From NCBI GenBank assembly GCA_963720565.1, contig CAVRFW010000005.1, forward strand, positions 160,001-224,000: 64,000 nucleotides of DNA, written 5' to 3'. Within the stretch, counting starts at the first letter, position 1; each line of letters begins with the position of its first letter. Both the position numbers and the translations under genes were made by a program. Below are positions 10,778 through 20,873 of this stretch, in pieces. The stretch is from Candidatus Bathyarchaeota archaeon. GTDB lineage: Archaea > Thermoproteota > Bathyarchaeia > Bathyarchaeales > Bathycorpusculaceae. The notes below the pieces were generated by a model. It made no database searches. It worked only from the letters and a program-made list of their open reading frames with translations, and was not told where the DNA came from.

Positions 10778-10975
10778 ATGAGCGACTGGAACAAGCTAAT
10801 TCCTAAACCACGGAGCAATTTCTTGCGCGTAAGATGCCTAAAATGCGGAAACGAACAACAACTCTTCGGAAACGCCACAAACAAGGTAACCTGCAACGTC
10901 TGTGGCGAAACCCTCGCCGAACCGACCGGCGGAAGAGCAAAAATTAAGGGAGAAAAACTCTCAACCCTAGAATAG
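10778..10975 (+). CDS. rps27e: 30S ribosomal protein S27e
   Basis: PRSNFLRVRCLKCGNEQ...CNVCG...PTGGRA. Confidence 0.96.
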   Translation: MSDWNKLIPKPRSNFLRVRCLKCGNEQQLFGNATNKVTCNVCGETLAEPTGGRAKIKGEKLSTLE

Positions 10976-10991
10976 GGGAAAAAACAGAGAA

Positions 10992-11099
10992 ATGGCTGCT
11001 GAACGCAAAGCTGAAGAGGTCCTGCAGAGGGTCTCTGACGTCATCATCGTAAACATCACCAAAGACGGCGGACAAGGTATCTTCAGAAGGGAAAAATAA
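10992..11099 (+). pseudogene. Remnant of translation initiation factor aIF2 alpha (35 aa, apparent N/C-terminal fusion)
   Basis: MAAERKAEEVLQRVSDVIIVNITKDGGQGIFRREK* fills the slot between rps27e and nop10; its tail resembles the aIF2alpha C-terminus. Confidence 0.7.
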
Positions 11100-11269
11100 T
11101 GGTCTGGCTCTTGAGAAAATGCCAGAAATGTGAAAGGTACACGCTGAACACTAATCTGTGTCCCAGCTGCGGTGGCGCTGTTCGCATACCGCACCCCCCC
11201 AAGTTTTCACCAGATGATAAATACCTCAAATACAGAATGGCCATAAGGAAGGAGCCGCCAAAGACTTGA
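11099..11269 (+). CDS. nop10: H/ACA RNP protein Nop10 (missing from ORF track, 56 aa)
   Basis: MVWLLRKCQKCERYTLNTNLCPSCGGAVRIPHPPKFSPDDKYLKYR...; TAATG overlap with the upstream ORF. Confidence 0.95.
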   Translation: MVWLLRKCQKCERYTLNTNLCPSCGGAVRIPHPPKFSPDDKYLKYRMAIRKEPPKT

Positions 11270-12039
11270 AAGAAACATACATTAAAGAATACGCAGATTT
11301 CCAGATGGACAACCCCATTCTGGTCGAAGGCTTCCCTGGTCTAGGTTTGGTGGGCAAAATCGCGATTCGCTACTTAATAAAGCAGCTCGGAGCCAAACGC
11401 TTTGCCTACCTTTACTCTCCGCATTTCCCGTACTTCGTACTTGTAAACAAAAAGGGGAACATCCGTTTATTGAGAGGCTCCTTCTACTATTGGAAAAACC
11501 CGAAGGGAACAAACGACCTTATTCTCTTTACCGGCGACAGCCAATCCCAAACTATCGAAGGTCAATATGAAATCGCTGATCGCGTACTCGATTTCTCCCA
11601 GAAGCACAATGTAAAGACTATCATTACCATCGGTGGCTACCGGATGGAAGCAAAGGACAAACCTAAAGTTTACGTTGCAGGCACAAGCCAAGTCCTCCTG
11701 GATAAAGCTTTGACTGCAGGGGCTGCTGTAAGTGCTGCGGGAAGCCCAATTGTAGGAACTGCAGGACTGATACTTGGCCTAGCTCGCTTCAAAAGAATTG
11801 AAGCGTTATGCTTGTTGGGCGAAACTCGAGGATACCTGCCTGATCCCATGGCTGCAAGAAGCGTTCTGGAAGTGCTGAAAGCAACCTGTGGTTTTGACTT
11901 GGACTTGGATGGCTTGAATGACGAAATTGCTAAGGCGGAAACAATGGTAACGCGGTTACAAAAAATCGAAGAAAAAAGAGTTATGCAAGCTGAGGAAACT
12001 CGCAAGGAAGAAGATAAAAAAACTACTTACATCTCTTAG
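11266..12039 (+). CDS. PAC2-family proteasome assembly chaperone
   Basis: LVEGFPGLGLVGKIA, TIGGY, CLLGETRGYLPDPMAA, C-terminal YIS; follows nop10. Confidence 0.9.
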   Translation: MKETYIKEYADFQMDNPILVEGFPGLGLVGKIAIRYLIKQLGAKRFAYLYSPHFPYFVLVNKKGNIRLLRGSFYYWKNPKGTNDLILFTGDSQSQTIEGQYEIADRVLDFSQKHNVKTIITIGGYRMEAKDKPKVYVAGTSQVLLDKALTAGAAVSAAGSPIVGTAGLILGLARFKRIEALCLLGETRGYLPDPMAARSVLEVLKATCGFDLDLDGLNDEIAKAETMVTRLQKIEEKRVMQAEETRKEEDKKTTYIS

Positions 12040-13140
12040 TTTGAAAAGAATTTTGGGGTAAGTATTTCCACGATTTTCTCCGCCGCGTTTCCATCTCCGA
12101 AGGGAGATGTATTTGGCAGTTTTCTGCGTTTTGCCATTGTTGCCTCTATTCCGGCCAAGATTTCTTTGCTTTCTGTTCCTACAATCTGGGCAAAGCCAGA
12201 TTCCACGGCTTCGGGTCTCTCAGTTGACAGGCGAATTACCAGAACTGGTTTCTTAATTGCTGGTGCAGTTGCTTCTTCTTGGATTCCTCCAGAATCTGTT
12301 ATTATCAGCTCACTTTTTCTCATAAGCACTAAAAAGTCCAAGTATCCTAGTGGGGGAAGCACCTGAATATTTCCGCACGTTTCGATTCGCTTGTAAATCT
12401 TGCTCTGAAGTAATCGCTTCTTGGTTCGCGGGTGCATAGGGTATATCACTGGCAAAGGAGACTCCTCAAAGGCCTTTACAAAATTCTTTAAAACTGCCAG
12501 GTCATCAACGTTTTCCGCTCTATGGGCTGTCGCTAATACAAACTTTTTAAAGCGAACTTCCTTCAATATTTCCGATTTCTTTTCTGCTATGGGCATGTGC
12601 TGCATAACTGCATCTATAACGGTGTTTCCAGTTACGTAAATTTTGCCCCAAACATTTTCTTTTTTCAAGTTCACTTCTGAATTCGTAGTTGGGGCAAACA
12701 GGTACTCGGACAAGTGGTCAGTTAGCCGTCGGTTGTGCTCTTCAGGCATGCGCAGGTCATAGCTTCTCAAACCGGCTTCCACATGCCCTACTGGTATTCC
12801 TCGCTTGTTTGCTGCCAACGCTGCTGCCAGCACACTGTTGGTGTCGCCCTCAACTAATACAATAGAGGGTGCAGTTTCTTTCAACAATTTGTCCATTTGC
12901 AGCATTATTCTTGCCGTCTGTGCGCCATGCTGAATAGGATTTTATCTTGAAAGAGTAATCTGGAAAAGGAAGCTCGAGGTTTTCAATAAACTGTTTCGAC
13001 ATGTTGTAGTCATAGTGTTGTCCGCAATGAACAAAAAACATGGGGATTTTGTGCTTTTGCAGTGCCCTTATGATTGGAGCCATCTTTATGATTTCTGGTC
13101 TTGTGCCTGCGATAACCCCGACTTTCCTCGTGTTTTCCAT
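12036..13140 (-). CDS. wecB: UDP-N-acetylglucosamine 2-epimerase, split by a frameshift near 12930
   Basis: GTRPEIIKMAP and GQHYD in the 5' ORF; GDTNS, HVEAGLRS, PEEHNR, TDSGGIQEE in the 3' ORF; removing one base restores ...SHGAQTARIM... Confidence 0.9.
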
Positions 13141-13146
13141 GCCTTC

Positions 13147-15183
13147 CTATGTTTTCTTTAGGTAGCCTTCTTTGGGTTCGTAGATTGTGCCTTCACGCAG
13201 CAATTGCCCCAGCATGCGTTCGCTTTCGGTTCTCGGGATCTTGTGTTTCAGCTCCAGTTCGTTCAACAGCTTGGTTTTTTCGACGATGCTCGTTTCTTTT
13301 TCCATGTCTATCAGCATTGAGAGGACTATTTGTAGTCTGTCGCGTACGCTCTTGGGTTTTCCAGTCATTATTATGTCGATGTCCATTTTGTATGAGGATA
13401 GATCTATGCCGACTTCTCCCAGAGATCTTTTCATTATTGCTATGGCGGCTTCCGCGTCTTCAGCTGTTACTTCTTTTCTAAGTGCAACGCGGGCTCTTGC
13501 TTCGGCTATGCGAACGAGTGATTCTAGCTGGCGAGCGGTTATTGCCACCGGCGATCCTTCGGTTTCGCTTGCTGCGCGCATTGCTAGATAGAAATCTCTG
13601 AGGCGTTCTAACGCTTCGTTGCTCAGTGTTGGTTTGATTCCTTTGGCGTAACTTACGTACTTTCGCATTAGTTCAACTTCTATTTGCGTTTCTACAGGGC
13701 TAGATCCTCTTCTGTGGATTTCGAGGATGTGTGTTGACATTTTTCCGTCAGCCTCTTTGTCTGGCACATCGCGCAAGACGAAAATCAGGTCGAATCGGGA
13801 AAGTATTGTTACTGGGAGGGATATGTTTTCTGCTACCGTTCTGTGGGGTTCATATCTGCCAAGTGAGGGGTTTGCAGCTGCTAGTATCGCTGTTCGAGCG
13901 TTTAGTGTCGCTACAATTCCTCCTTTGGCGACGGAAACAGTGTGTTGCTCCATGGCTTCGTGTATCGCTACTCGGTCTTCAGGGCGCATTTTGTCCATTT
14001 CGTCGATGCATGCTATTCCTTTGTCGGCCAGTACGAGTGCACCTGCTTCGAGGCTCATGCTGCCTCCTTTTTCTCGAATTACTGCGGCGGTTAACCCAGC
14101 GGCTGTCGTTCCACGTCCTGAAGTGTAGAGGCCACGCGGTGCTATTCGGGCTACATACTGCAGAAGTTGTGATTTGGCTGTGCCGGGATCACCGATTAGG
14201 AGTGCATTCATCTCGCCTCTTATGGTTATGTCCGGGAGACTTTTTGAGACGCCGCCAAAGAGGAGGTACATTATGGCTTCTTTAATGTGTTCATACCCGT
14301 AGATTGAGGGTGCAATCGAGCTTATTATTTTTCTGTGAACCCATGGGTCTTTCGCAAGTTGAAGTATCTTCTCTTCTTCTTCAACTGAAGGCGGCGATGT
14401 TTCGGGTTCCTTGCCTAGCACTTCAAGTGAATTGGCATCTAGTTGAAGTATGAATGTTCGGAGTTTGCCGATTCCTGGTCGTGAGGGTGCGAATGCACGG
14501 ACGATGCCAACTATCGAGACGTGGTCACCGGGTCGGGCTAGATCAACTATTTCTCCTCCGACGAGTTTGACACTAAGAGTGCGTGGGAGCTGTCCGGGTG
14601 GGAGGTCTTCTGGTTTTTCTTGGAGGCGTAGGTCTTGTGAGTCTATGAAGGTTGATTCTTCTTGAATGAATTCAAATGGGCCATTTTGTCCGCAGTCGGG
14701 ACTTGGGCATACTGTTGGTGCTTTCAAGAATTGCCCAGTCTGCTCGACATGGCTTGTTGTTCCGCATCTTTTGCATTTGAATGATGCCATCATAACCATT
14801 GGACGCACAGGTGTTGCTCTGACCACGATGCCTTCGATCATGACCAGTTTTCCCATCTGTTTTGAACCGAGTTTTCTAAGTTGTTCTTTTCCGAGAAGCT
14901 GCACTATGCGAACAGTAGTTTTCTCCAGTTTTAGGGCATATTCTGAATCTTCTATTCCGAGTTGCGCATACGCAGCGTTGCCCGCATGTTGCAGGAAAGC
15001 ATCAGGTTTTTCCAGAAGTATCTCTGCAAGTCTCTGGTCAAACGCGAAGAGTTCCTCAAACTCTATTGTGATTGATTCTTTTCCTGTTATGGACATTTGT
15101 GAGATTCTTTGGCGGTATTTTTCTTTCTTAAAGAATTCCAGAAAACGTTCTTGCGGATCTACTGTTTCGAGTGCCTTGGTCAT
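13147..15183 (-). CDS. mcm: MCM replicative helicase
   Basis: Zn finger, GDPGTAKSQ Walker A, IDEMDKM Walker B, SRFD arginine finger; no intein seen. Confidence 0.97.
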   Translation of the reverse strand: MTKALETVDPQERFLEFFKKEKYRQRISQMSITGKESITIEFEELFAFDQRLAEILLEKPDAFLQHAGNAAYAQLGIEDSEYALKLEKTTVRIVQLLGKEQLRKLGSKQMGKLVMIEGIVVRATPVRPMVMMASFKCKRCGTTSHVEQTGQFLKAPTVCPSPDCGQNGPFEFIQEESTFIDSQDLRLQEKPEDLPPGQLPRTLSVKLVGGEIVDLARPGDHVSIVGIVRAFAPSRPGIGKLRTFILQLDANSLEVLGKEPETSPPSVEEEEKILQLAKDPWVHRKIISSIAPSIYGYEHIKEAIMYLLFGGVSKSLPDITIRGEMNALLIGDPGTAKSQLLQYVARIAPRGLYTSGRGTTAAGLTAAVIREKGGSMSLEAGALVLADKGIACIDEMDKMRPEDRVAIHEAMEQHTVSVAKGGIVATLNARTAILAAANPSLGRYEPHRTVAENISLPVTILSRFDLIFVLRDVPDKEADGKMSTHILEIHRRGSSPVETQIEVELMRKYVSYAKGIKPTLSNEALERLRDFYLAMRAASETEGSPVAITARQLESLVRIAEARARVALRKEVTAEDAEAAIAIMKRSLGEVGIDLSSYKMDIDIIMTGKPKSVRDRLQIVLSMLIDMEKETSIVEKTKLLNELELKHKIPRTESERMLGQLLREGTIYEPKEGYLKKT

Positions 15184-15184
15184 C

Positions 15185-15745
15185 TTACTGTTTTCCTCCC
15201 GAGCATTCCAGTATCTGGGCTTTCCAGTCGCCGATTATCTTGCTGAGTTGTTCATAAATTGTTCTTTCTTCTTCTGTGATTTTCTTTAGAACCTGATCAG
15301 TTTGCCCCGGACCTGAAGAAGATAGTGCCACTATTTTTTTAAGTCTGGAATTCACGATGTCCCCTGCCAGTTGCTTGGTCTTCTCGAATTCTTGGATTTT
15401 CTCCGGCTTTCTGGCTATTTCTCCCTTTATGTTTGCAAGGTATCGGCGAAGTTTAGGATAGAAGTCTTCAGGAAGCTCGGATATTTGTCCAGCGATTTGG
15501 ACACGCTCCTTCCACACGATCTTGTACAGTTTGGTTGCGTCTAAACAATCGTCCTCTCGGAAATGGGCAATTCCTTGATTTGTGATTTCTTGTCCTATCC
15601 AATAGTGGACTTCGTATTCGTTTCCCTCTTCGAAAGGACCTACGGATAATCCTGCAAGTTTAATTTCGGGATAGTTTCTGTCAGCGATAATTTTCACTAG
15701 AGAGTTTTCAAAGCAAAAATCCAAGTTTTTGTTGCTCATTCGCAT
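15185..15745 (-). CDS. GINS complex subunit Gins23
   Basis: N-terminal B-domain, LPEDFYPKL, RLKKIV; immediately upstream of mcm. Confidence 0.8.
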   Translation of the reverse strand: MRMSNKNLDFCFENSLVKIIADRNYPEIKLAGLSVGPFEEGNEYEVHYWIGQEITNQGIAHFREDDCLDATKLYKIVWKERVQIAGQISELPEDFYPKLRRYLANIKGEIARKPEKIQEFEKTKQLAGDIVNSRLKKIVALSSSGPGQTDQVLKKITEEERTIYEQLSKIIGDWKAQILECSGGKQ

Positions 15746-16126
15746 CTTCTTTTTCCCCCGGAGGTCTCTTGACTTCTATTCTACTCAGCTTCACAAGATA
15801 TAAGCAGAGCAGTTTAAAGATTTAGATGAAACAATTTGAGAATCTGCGGAGTCTGTTGGAAAATTTTGGATTATTGAGAAAGCGAGGAACAGTGGTTTTC
15901 CAAGGGCATAGCCAAAGTGTTGTCATTGAACTGGAATGTACGGGTGCCAAGAAGTTTTAGACTTCTACCAAAGCTGGGAAAGAATCGTAGAGCAAGTCTT
16001 CGGAAACAATACCCCGAAGACAGCAGTCGAGTGAGTCAGAAAACCACGCACTGCCTTTCTTTCAAGTTTTACAACTGTAACTTCTGAACGGCTACCTCCA
16101 ACAGAGGTTCAATTGTGCGCTTCTGA

Positions 16127-16930
16127 CTAAGACTTCTGTGTGAGTAAAACTGTAATATTATCCCCAAGCTTTACCTCAAACTTCTCGGCCGCGCTGCTCT
16201 GGTTTACTGCTATTTCCAGATAACCGTGGCTCCCGATCAAAGCAAGAGGCTCCGCCGGTTTCGCTTCTCCATAAGTTTTGTAGAATTTAAATCTCACTTT
16301 ACGACCCGAAAGCTTGATGTCAAGTTGACTGCAAAGCGCAAGACTGCTAATTTGGGCTTCAGTTATATTCGTGATTATGTTTCCAAAACCATCGAGGTGC
16401 AAAACCTTCCCCACTATAGACTCCTTTCCGCTGACGATTCTTGTAAACTCAGGCCTAACAATCTCTTTGACTTCGGACCCGACTTCAAAGGCTGCTACTC
16501 CCTTAGCGAGGTGTGCTGCAACTGGAGCAAAAATGTCTCTTCCGTGAAAAGTACTTGAAATAACAGGTAGCATGAAACATGGGTTGCTTATTTCGTAAAC
16601 ATGCTCGATGCCAGCTCTCTCAGCAGCGAGACTCAGCACGCCGTTATCAGGTCCAATCAAAAAGCCTTGCTTTGTTTGTATCAGTATCGACCGCCTTCTA
16701 GTGCCGACGCCAGGGTCGACGACAGCTACGTGTATGGTGCCTTTTGGGAAGTAGTCTGTTGCAGCAGACAAAATATATGCGCCCATTTGGATATTGAATT
16801 TCTCTATTTCATGCGAAATATCGATCAGTGTAGCCTCTGGGTATATTCCCAGGACTGCTGCTTTCATCTCAGCTACGTAGGGATCTTTCATTCCAAAATC
16901 TGATGTTAAGGTTATTATTTTGCGAGACAT
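16127..16930 (-). CDS. SAM hydroxide adenosyltransferase (DUF62, chlorinase/fluorinase family)
   Basis: ITLTSDFG, VVDPGVGT, GPDNG, STFHGRDIFAP, DGFGN. Confidence 0.93.
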   Translation of the reverse strand: MSRKIITLTSDFGMKDPYVAEMKAAVLGIYPEATLIDISHEIEKFNIQMGAYILSAATDYFPKGTIHVAVVDPGVGTRRRSILIQTKQGFLIGPDNGVLSLAAERAGIEHVYEISNPCFMLPVISSTFHGRDIFAPVAAHLAKGVAAFEVGSEVKEIVRPEFTRIVSGKESIVGKVLHLDGFGNIITNITEAQISSLALCSQLDIKLSGRKVRFKFYKTYGEAKPAEPLALIGSHGYLEIAVNQSSAAEKFEVKLGDNITVLLTQKS

Positions 16931-17186
16931 AGCGTATAATATGTTTCATGCTACTCTTGACATTTTCCTTCATTTGTAGCAGGCTCTAAGAATTCACTTG
17001 CAGTTTTTGCTTTTCTGCAACTTTTCCTTAGCCCGGCAAATGTGAACAAAGAATTTGTAGGTCTGGTTTGTTCAACAGAGAAGTAAGGTCTCTTAGAATA
17101 TCTAATGTTAACCTAATCTCAGTGACTTTGAATGTTACAGTCTGCTGCTCAAACGCAGCTGCTACTTGTGAAGAGAGGTCAGTTTC

Positions 17187-17471
17187 CTAACCTCCATGTA
17201 TAACCGGCACAAAAACTACTTCGTCCAGATCCTTTATCTTCGTTTCCAACCCGCTAAGAACGCTGATTTCTCTTCCATTTACAAGAATAAGCGCGTTTGT
17301 GATTTGCTCTTTAGACTGATTGTCCGTCAAGGCTCTCTTGAGTTCAGGTTTTTCTCGGACAATTTCGTTGATCAAATCTCTTATTGATGAGTCTTCGGCA
17401 AAATCTCTTTTGAGTTTATCAGCACCTGAAGCATGACGTAGAGCACCCACAAACTTTAAGGTTATTGCCAT
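17187..17471 (-). CDS. Ubiquitin-like MoaD/ThiS/SAMP protein
   Basis: ILVNGREI motif; C-terminal HGG. Confidence 0.9.
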   Translation of the reverse strand: MAITLKFVGALRHASGADKLKRDFAEDSSIRDLINEIVREKPELKRALTDNQSKEQITNALILVNGREISVLSGLETKIKDLDEVVFVPVIHGG

Positions 17472-17512
17472 TTTCTGTTTTTCCGACTATTTGGCGTCAT
17501 TGTCAGGGTTCT

Positions 17513-17890
17513 TTAGATATCTGCTACCTTCTCTTCAGTGAAGGTCTCCACAATGTCTGTTGCAATCTGGACCAGAGTGTCAGCCTGTTTCATCATCGCT
17601 TCCTCGTTTACTTCCTCAAGCTGGGCTAGCTGTTGGACGATTCCTTCAATTTCAATGAGAAAACGCAGAACCGAATCCTTCGCTGGTTGAGGTTTTCCTC
17701 CTTCCTCGCGTAAGAGAATCTCGATGAAAGCTGGTTCTCCAAGGCTGTAATAGATGGCGCTTCGGGCTTTCCTGATGGCTTCTAGCACTAGACTAGGTGC
17801 CATGTAAGGTATTTTCCGTGCTGCTTCCAACTCCGCCTTTGCTTCGCGTAGGTATCTGAGCGCCCATCCCCGTCTGTAGTAGTCCATCAT
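17513..17890 (-). CDS. Conserved hypothetical protein, possibly HEPN-like helical fold
   Basis: Helical protein (WALRYLREAKAEL...AIYYSLG) between rps17e and the SAMP gene; ATG at 17890. Confidence 0.65.
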   Translation of the reverse strand: MMDYYRRGWALRYLREAKAELEAARKIPYMAPSLVLEAIRKARSAIYYSLGEPAFIEILLREEGGKPQPAKDSVLRFLIEIEGIVQQLAQLEEVNEEAMMKQADTLVQIATDIVETFTEEKVADI

Positions 17891-17915
17891 GAGGATTTTT
17901 CCGATTATGAGTTCT

Positions 17916-18152
17916 TTAGTCTGAGAATTCTTCCTCTTCTTCCATATCCTCACTGGAAGACTCCGATTCAGCCAATGACAAGGTGCGTGTGATGTATCCC
18001 GCGATTTGATTTCTCACTCTTACAGTTGTGCCTATTGTGAGGACTTGAACTTTGCGTTTATTGTTATCAAAATTATTGGAAAACTTGGCTGGAAATCTTT
18101 CCAGTAGTTCTTTAGCTACTCTCTTAATCTGTTCAGTCTTGACTTTTCCCAA
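17916..18152 (-). CDS. rps17e: 30S ribosomal protein S17e
   Basis: MGKVKTEQIKRVA...FDNNK...VRNQIAGYIT; acidic tail. Confidence 0.95.
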   Translation of the reverse strand: MGKVKTEQIKRVAKELLERFPAKFSNNFDNNKRKVQVLTIGTTVRVRNQIAGYITRTLSLAESESSSEDMEEEEEFSD

Positions 18153-18358
18153 GTAACAGTCCGCCTGATTATTATCTGTCTTTTTGGTCTTTCAACTTCT
18201 GAAATGGTCAAAAGCAATCACAATAGGAGAAGAGCCTGAATTTAAGCTTACGCTTTAGTAATTACATTTGGAGTATCGGAAGCGGTTGTCTTTCTTGTTT
18301 TTCTGCTAAATATATATGTTAGCAAAAGAAGAATATGATGCGCTGAACTGAGGGTTAA

Positions 18359-18661
18359 TTGTTGCCAGTTCCACAGGTTAAGAAAGGCAAGTGGTCGAAA
18401 GAAAGAGAGAGAACCAAATCTGGCAGATGGAGAAAAAAACGCTCTGACGCCGATCAACCTAGAAGCAAAAAACGCTCCCGCCTCAAATACGCCTTGGTCT
18501 TGATAGCGTTAATAGTGTGTGCGTTGGTTGTTCTTTATATCTTCTTCCCGGAATTTTGGGCATCGATTAACCCTTTCGCGAGTGACTTAGGTGATTGTGG
18601 GCAGCAACGCTGTTCCGTAGTTAGTTTAGTTTTATTCCAAAGAATATTTCAAAGTTTTTAG
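18359..18661 (+). CDS. Hypothetical protein with a highly basic N-terminus and one TM helix
   Basis: K/R-rich stretch followed by a hydrophobic helix; TATA-like TAAATATATA near 18307. Confidence 0.55.
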   Translation: MLPVPQVKKGKWSKERERTKSGRWRKKRSDADQPRSKKRSRLKYALVLIALIVCALVVLYIFFPEFWASINPFASDLGDCGQQRCSVVSLVLFQRIFQSF

Positions 18662-19400
18662 ATATCTGCTCTGCAACTTCAACAACAGTCATGTTCTTGA
18701 CTTCCGCTATTGCTTCGACCACTGTTCGTATGAATGAAGGACTCGTTAGCTGACCGCTGTAGGGGCGTTTCCTGTATGTTACGGGTCCGTCTGTTTCTGT
18801 TAATAGGTTTGTTAGAGGTACCTTTTTTACGACTTCCCGGATGCCGTTGGAGTAAGCTACTGGCGGACCTTCAGTTATATAGTATCCTTTCTCAACAGCT
18901 TTGTATAGTGCACTCATAGGGTGACTGAACCAGTGAAGCAGAACCCTGTCAAGACGGTATGACGGTAACATCTCCACGATTTTATCTGTTGTGCCGCGCG
19001 AATGGATTATCACCGGCAATCCAAGTTCTTCAGCCAAGTGCAGCATTGTGTCAAAAACTGCGAGTTGCTTGTCCCATATGGCTTCGTACTTGTAGTCTAA
19101 ACCGATTTCACCTATAGCAGTCACGGCCTTTCTTTGACTGTTTTCCCTGATCAGTTTCACCACGTTTTCCAATTCGTTCTCTTGCAGCACATTCACGTTC
19201 CAGGGGTGGATTCCCAAAGCGGGATAAATAAAATTGGGATATTTTTCAGCCAGCTTCAAATTTCCGATGCTTGTCTTCAAATCCATAGAATTCGAGACTA
19301 ACGCGACAACATTGGAGTCTCTTGCTTCTGCTACAAGCTGTTCGGTGTGCTCAGCATATTCTGCGTCGGAAAAATGAATGTGCGCATCAATCAGTTTCAT
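18621..19400 (-). CDS. tatD: TatD-family hydrolase/DNase
   Basis: IDAHIH, GIHP, IGEIGLD, IHSR, LHWFS, ETDGP. Confidence 0.93.
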   Translation of the reverse strand: MKLIDAHIHFSDAEYAEHTEQLVAEARDSNVVALVSNSMDLKTSIGNLKLAEKYPNFIYPALGIHPWNVNVLQENELENVVKLIRENSQRKAVTAIGEIGLDYKYEAIWDKQLAVFDTMLHLAEELGLPVIIHSRGTTDKIVEMLPSYRLDRVLLHWFSHPMSALYKAVEKGYYITEGPPVAYSNGIREVVKKVPLTNLLTETDGPVTYRKRPYSGQLTSPSFIRTVVEAIAEVKNMTVVEVAEQISKNFEIFFGIKLN

Positions 19401-19639
19401 TGTTATGGCCCCTGCTCTGTTATGTTTAGTGTGGTCTTCTTATGATGTTCTTTAATTTTGTGGTGAACTTTGCTCCAGATTCATTATCTTAGCTTTTAGA
19501 GTGATCCTTCGGTTTGGATTTTTGAGAATTAAACGTGGAATACGGTTTGTTCTCATGTTTAAACGATTTTAGCCGATACTATTCACCGAAAAGCCTAAAT
19601 ATAGCTTTAAAAAGAAAAAGAAGCTACGGAGAAGTCTTT

Positions 19640-19861
19640 ATGACCGATTTGGAATTAGCTGTTGCTCCCATGCATAGATTATGTAAGAAAGCAGGCGCTG
19701 ATCGAGTGAGTGAAGCCGCAGCAAAAGAGTTAGCTAAGGCCCTAGAGGAAATCGGCGTGAAAATTGCAAGAGAGGCTTTGGATTTCGCAATGCACGCTGG
19801 CAGAAAAACAATAAAATCTGAAGATATTGAAATCGCAGCCAAGAAAGTCATGGGCAAATAA
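19640..19861 (+). CDS. Archaeal histone (HMf-like)
   Basis: [20 protein letters not shown]...[12 protein letters not shown]. Confidence 0.95.
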   Translation: MTDLELAVAPMHRLCKKAGADRVSEAAAKELAKALEEIGVKIAREALDFAMHAGRKTIKSEDIEIAAKKVMGK

Positions 19862-19870
19862 GTAGCAAGC

Positions 19871-19895
19871 TTTCCCTTTCTCTTCTTTTTTGTTT
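19871..19895 (+). terminator. Pyrimidine/T-rich terminator after the histone gene
   Basis: TTTCCCTTTCTCTTCTTTTTTGTTT starting about 10 nt after the stop. Confidence 0.55.
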
Positions 19896-20205
19896 AGACT
19901 CCGCTCATTAGTGTGAGTAGGTGCTTCTCGCACCCACGGTGCATCGTCTTTCTGTTCTGGGCAGACTAATCCAGCGTCTGCCAACTAAATCATGCGAATT
20001 TGGCATGCTCTTTTTTTGCGTCCTTAGATTACTTCTGATACACAATTATTTTGTGCGGTGGTGACAAACAAACTAGAGGGATGAGTTTTCGTCTTTTCTT
20101 TAGCATCGTTTCACTTGCGAACTCAAGTTGCCCTTTTAGCTCAAAAAATAGCAAAAAATAGATAAATAGCGACGTCCTCTGTCGTAACCACTTAGAGGAA
20201 TTTGA

Positions 20206-20643
20206 ATGGCAAGTAATCTCGTAGTAAGAGACATCATGACCAAAGACGTCCATGTCGTAGGAAATGACACTAGCGTTGCAGAAGTAGTAGCAGCCATGGC
20301 TAAAAACGACTTAGGCTACGTCATGGTGGAAATGAGCGGCAAACCAACAGGCATCATAACGGAGCACGACATCATAGTCCGACTAGTAACCCAAGGCATA
20401 GCACCCAGCTCAGTCATAGCCCGAATGGTTTACACCAACCCGATATTCACAGTAAATGAAGATGCGACAATCGACGAAGCAGTCAAACTCATGAACCACT
20501 GGGGGGTCAAACATCTGCCCGTAACAGGCAAGGAAGGCGAACTCGTCGGTGTGCTGACAGCAGAAAACGTTTTGTTCGCGGTTCCTTCAATGATATCAAC
20601 ATTGGAAGAGCTCTATCGCCCCGGCTTCAAACGAGTCAGATAA
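20206..20643 (+). CDS. CBS-domain pair protein
   Basis: VRDIMTKDV, GIITEHDI, HLPV...VGVLT. Confidence 0.9.
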   Translation: MASNLVVRDIMTKDVHVVGNDTSVAEVVAAMAKNDLGYVMVEMSGKPTGIITEHDIIVRLVTQGIAPSSVIARMVYTNPIFTVNEDATIDEAVKLMNHWGVKHLPVTGKEGELVGVLTAENVLFAVPSMISTLEELYRPGFKRVR

Positions 20644-20873
20644 GCAACTTTCCTATTGAAACAAAAAGTTTTGCAAAGTTCAGATGTACGTTGAGAGTTT
20701 CAGAATCACAAGACACTAAGAAAACGCAGCTTTGCCACACCCTTTTTCTTTCCTCTACGCGTGCAGAGGTAAGCGATCTTATAATTTTCACATTTTCTTT
20801 GGCAACAAAATGAAAACAATGAAAAAAATAGAAGGGCAGAAAAACTGCCGGCTTGTACGCCAATTACTGAAGG

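Noticed and set aside
15746..16126. Replication origin or ncRNA upstream of gins23-mcm (GTCTTCGG/CCGAAGAC hairpin)
   Set aside because: No ORB repeats and no cdc6; a single hairpin is insufficient evidence
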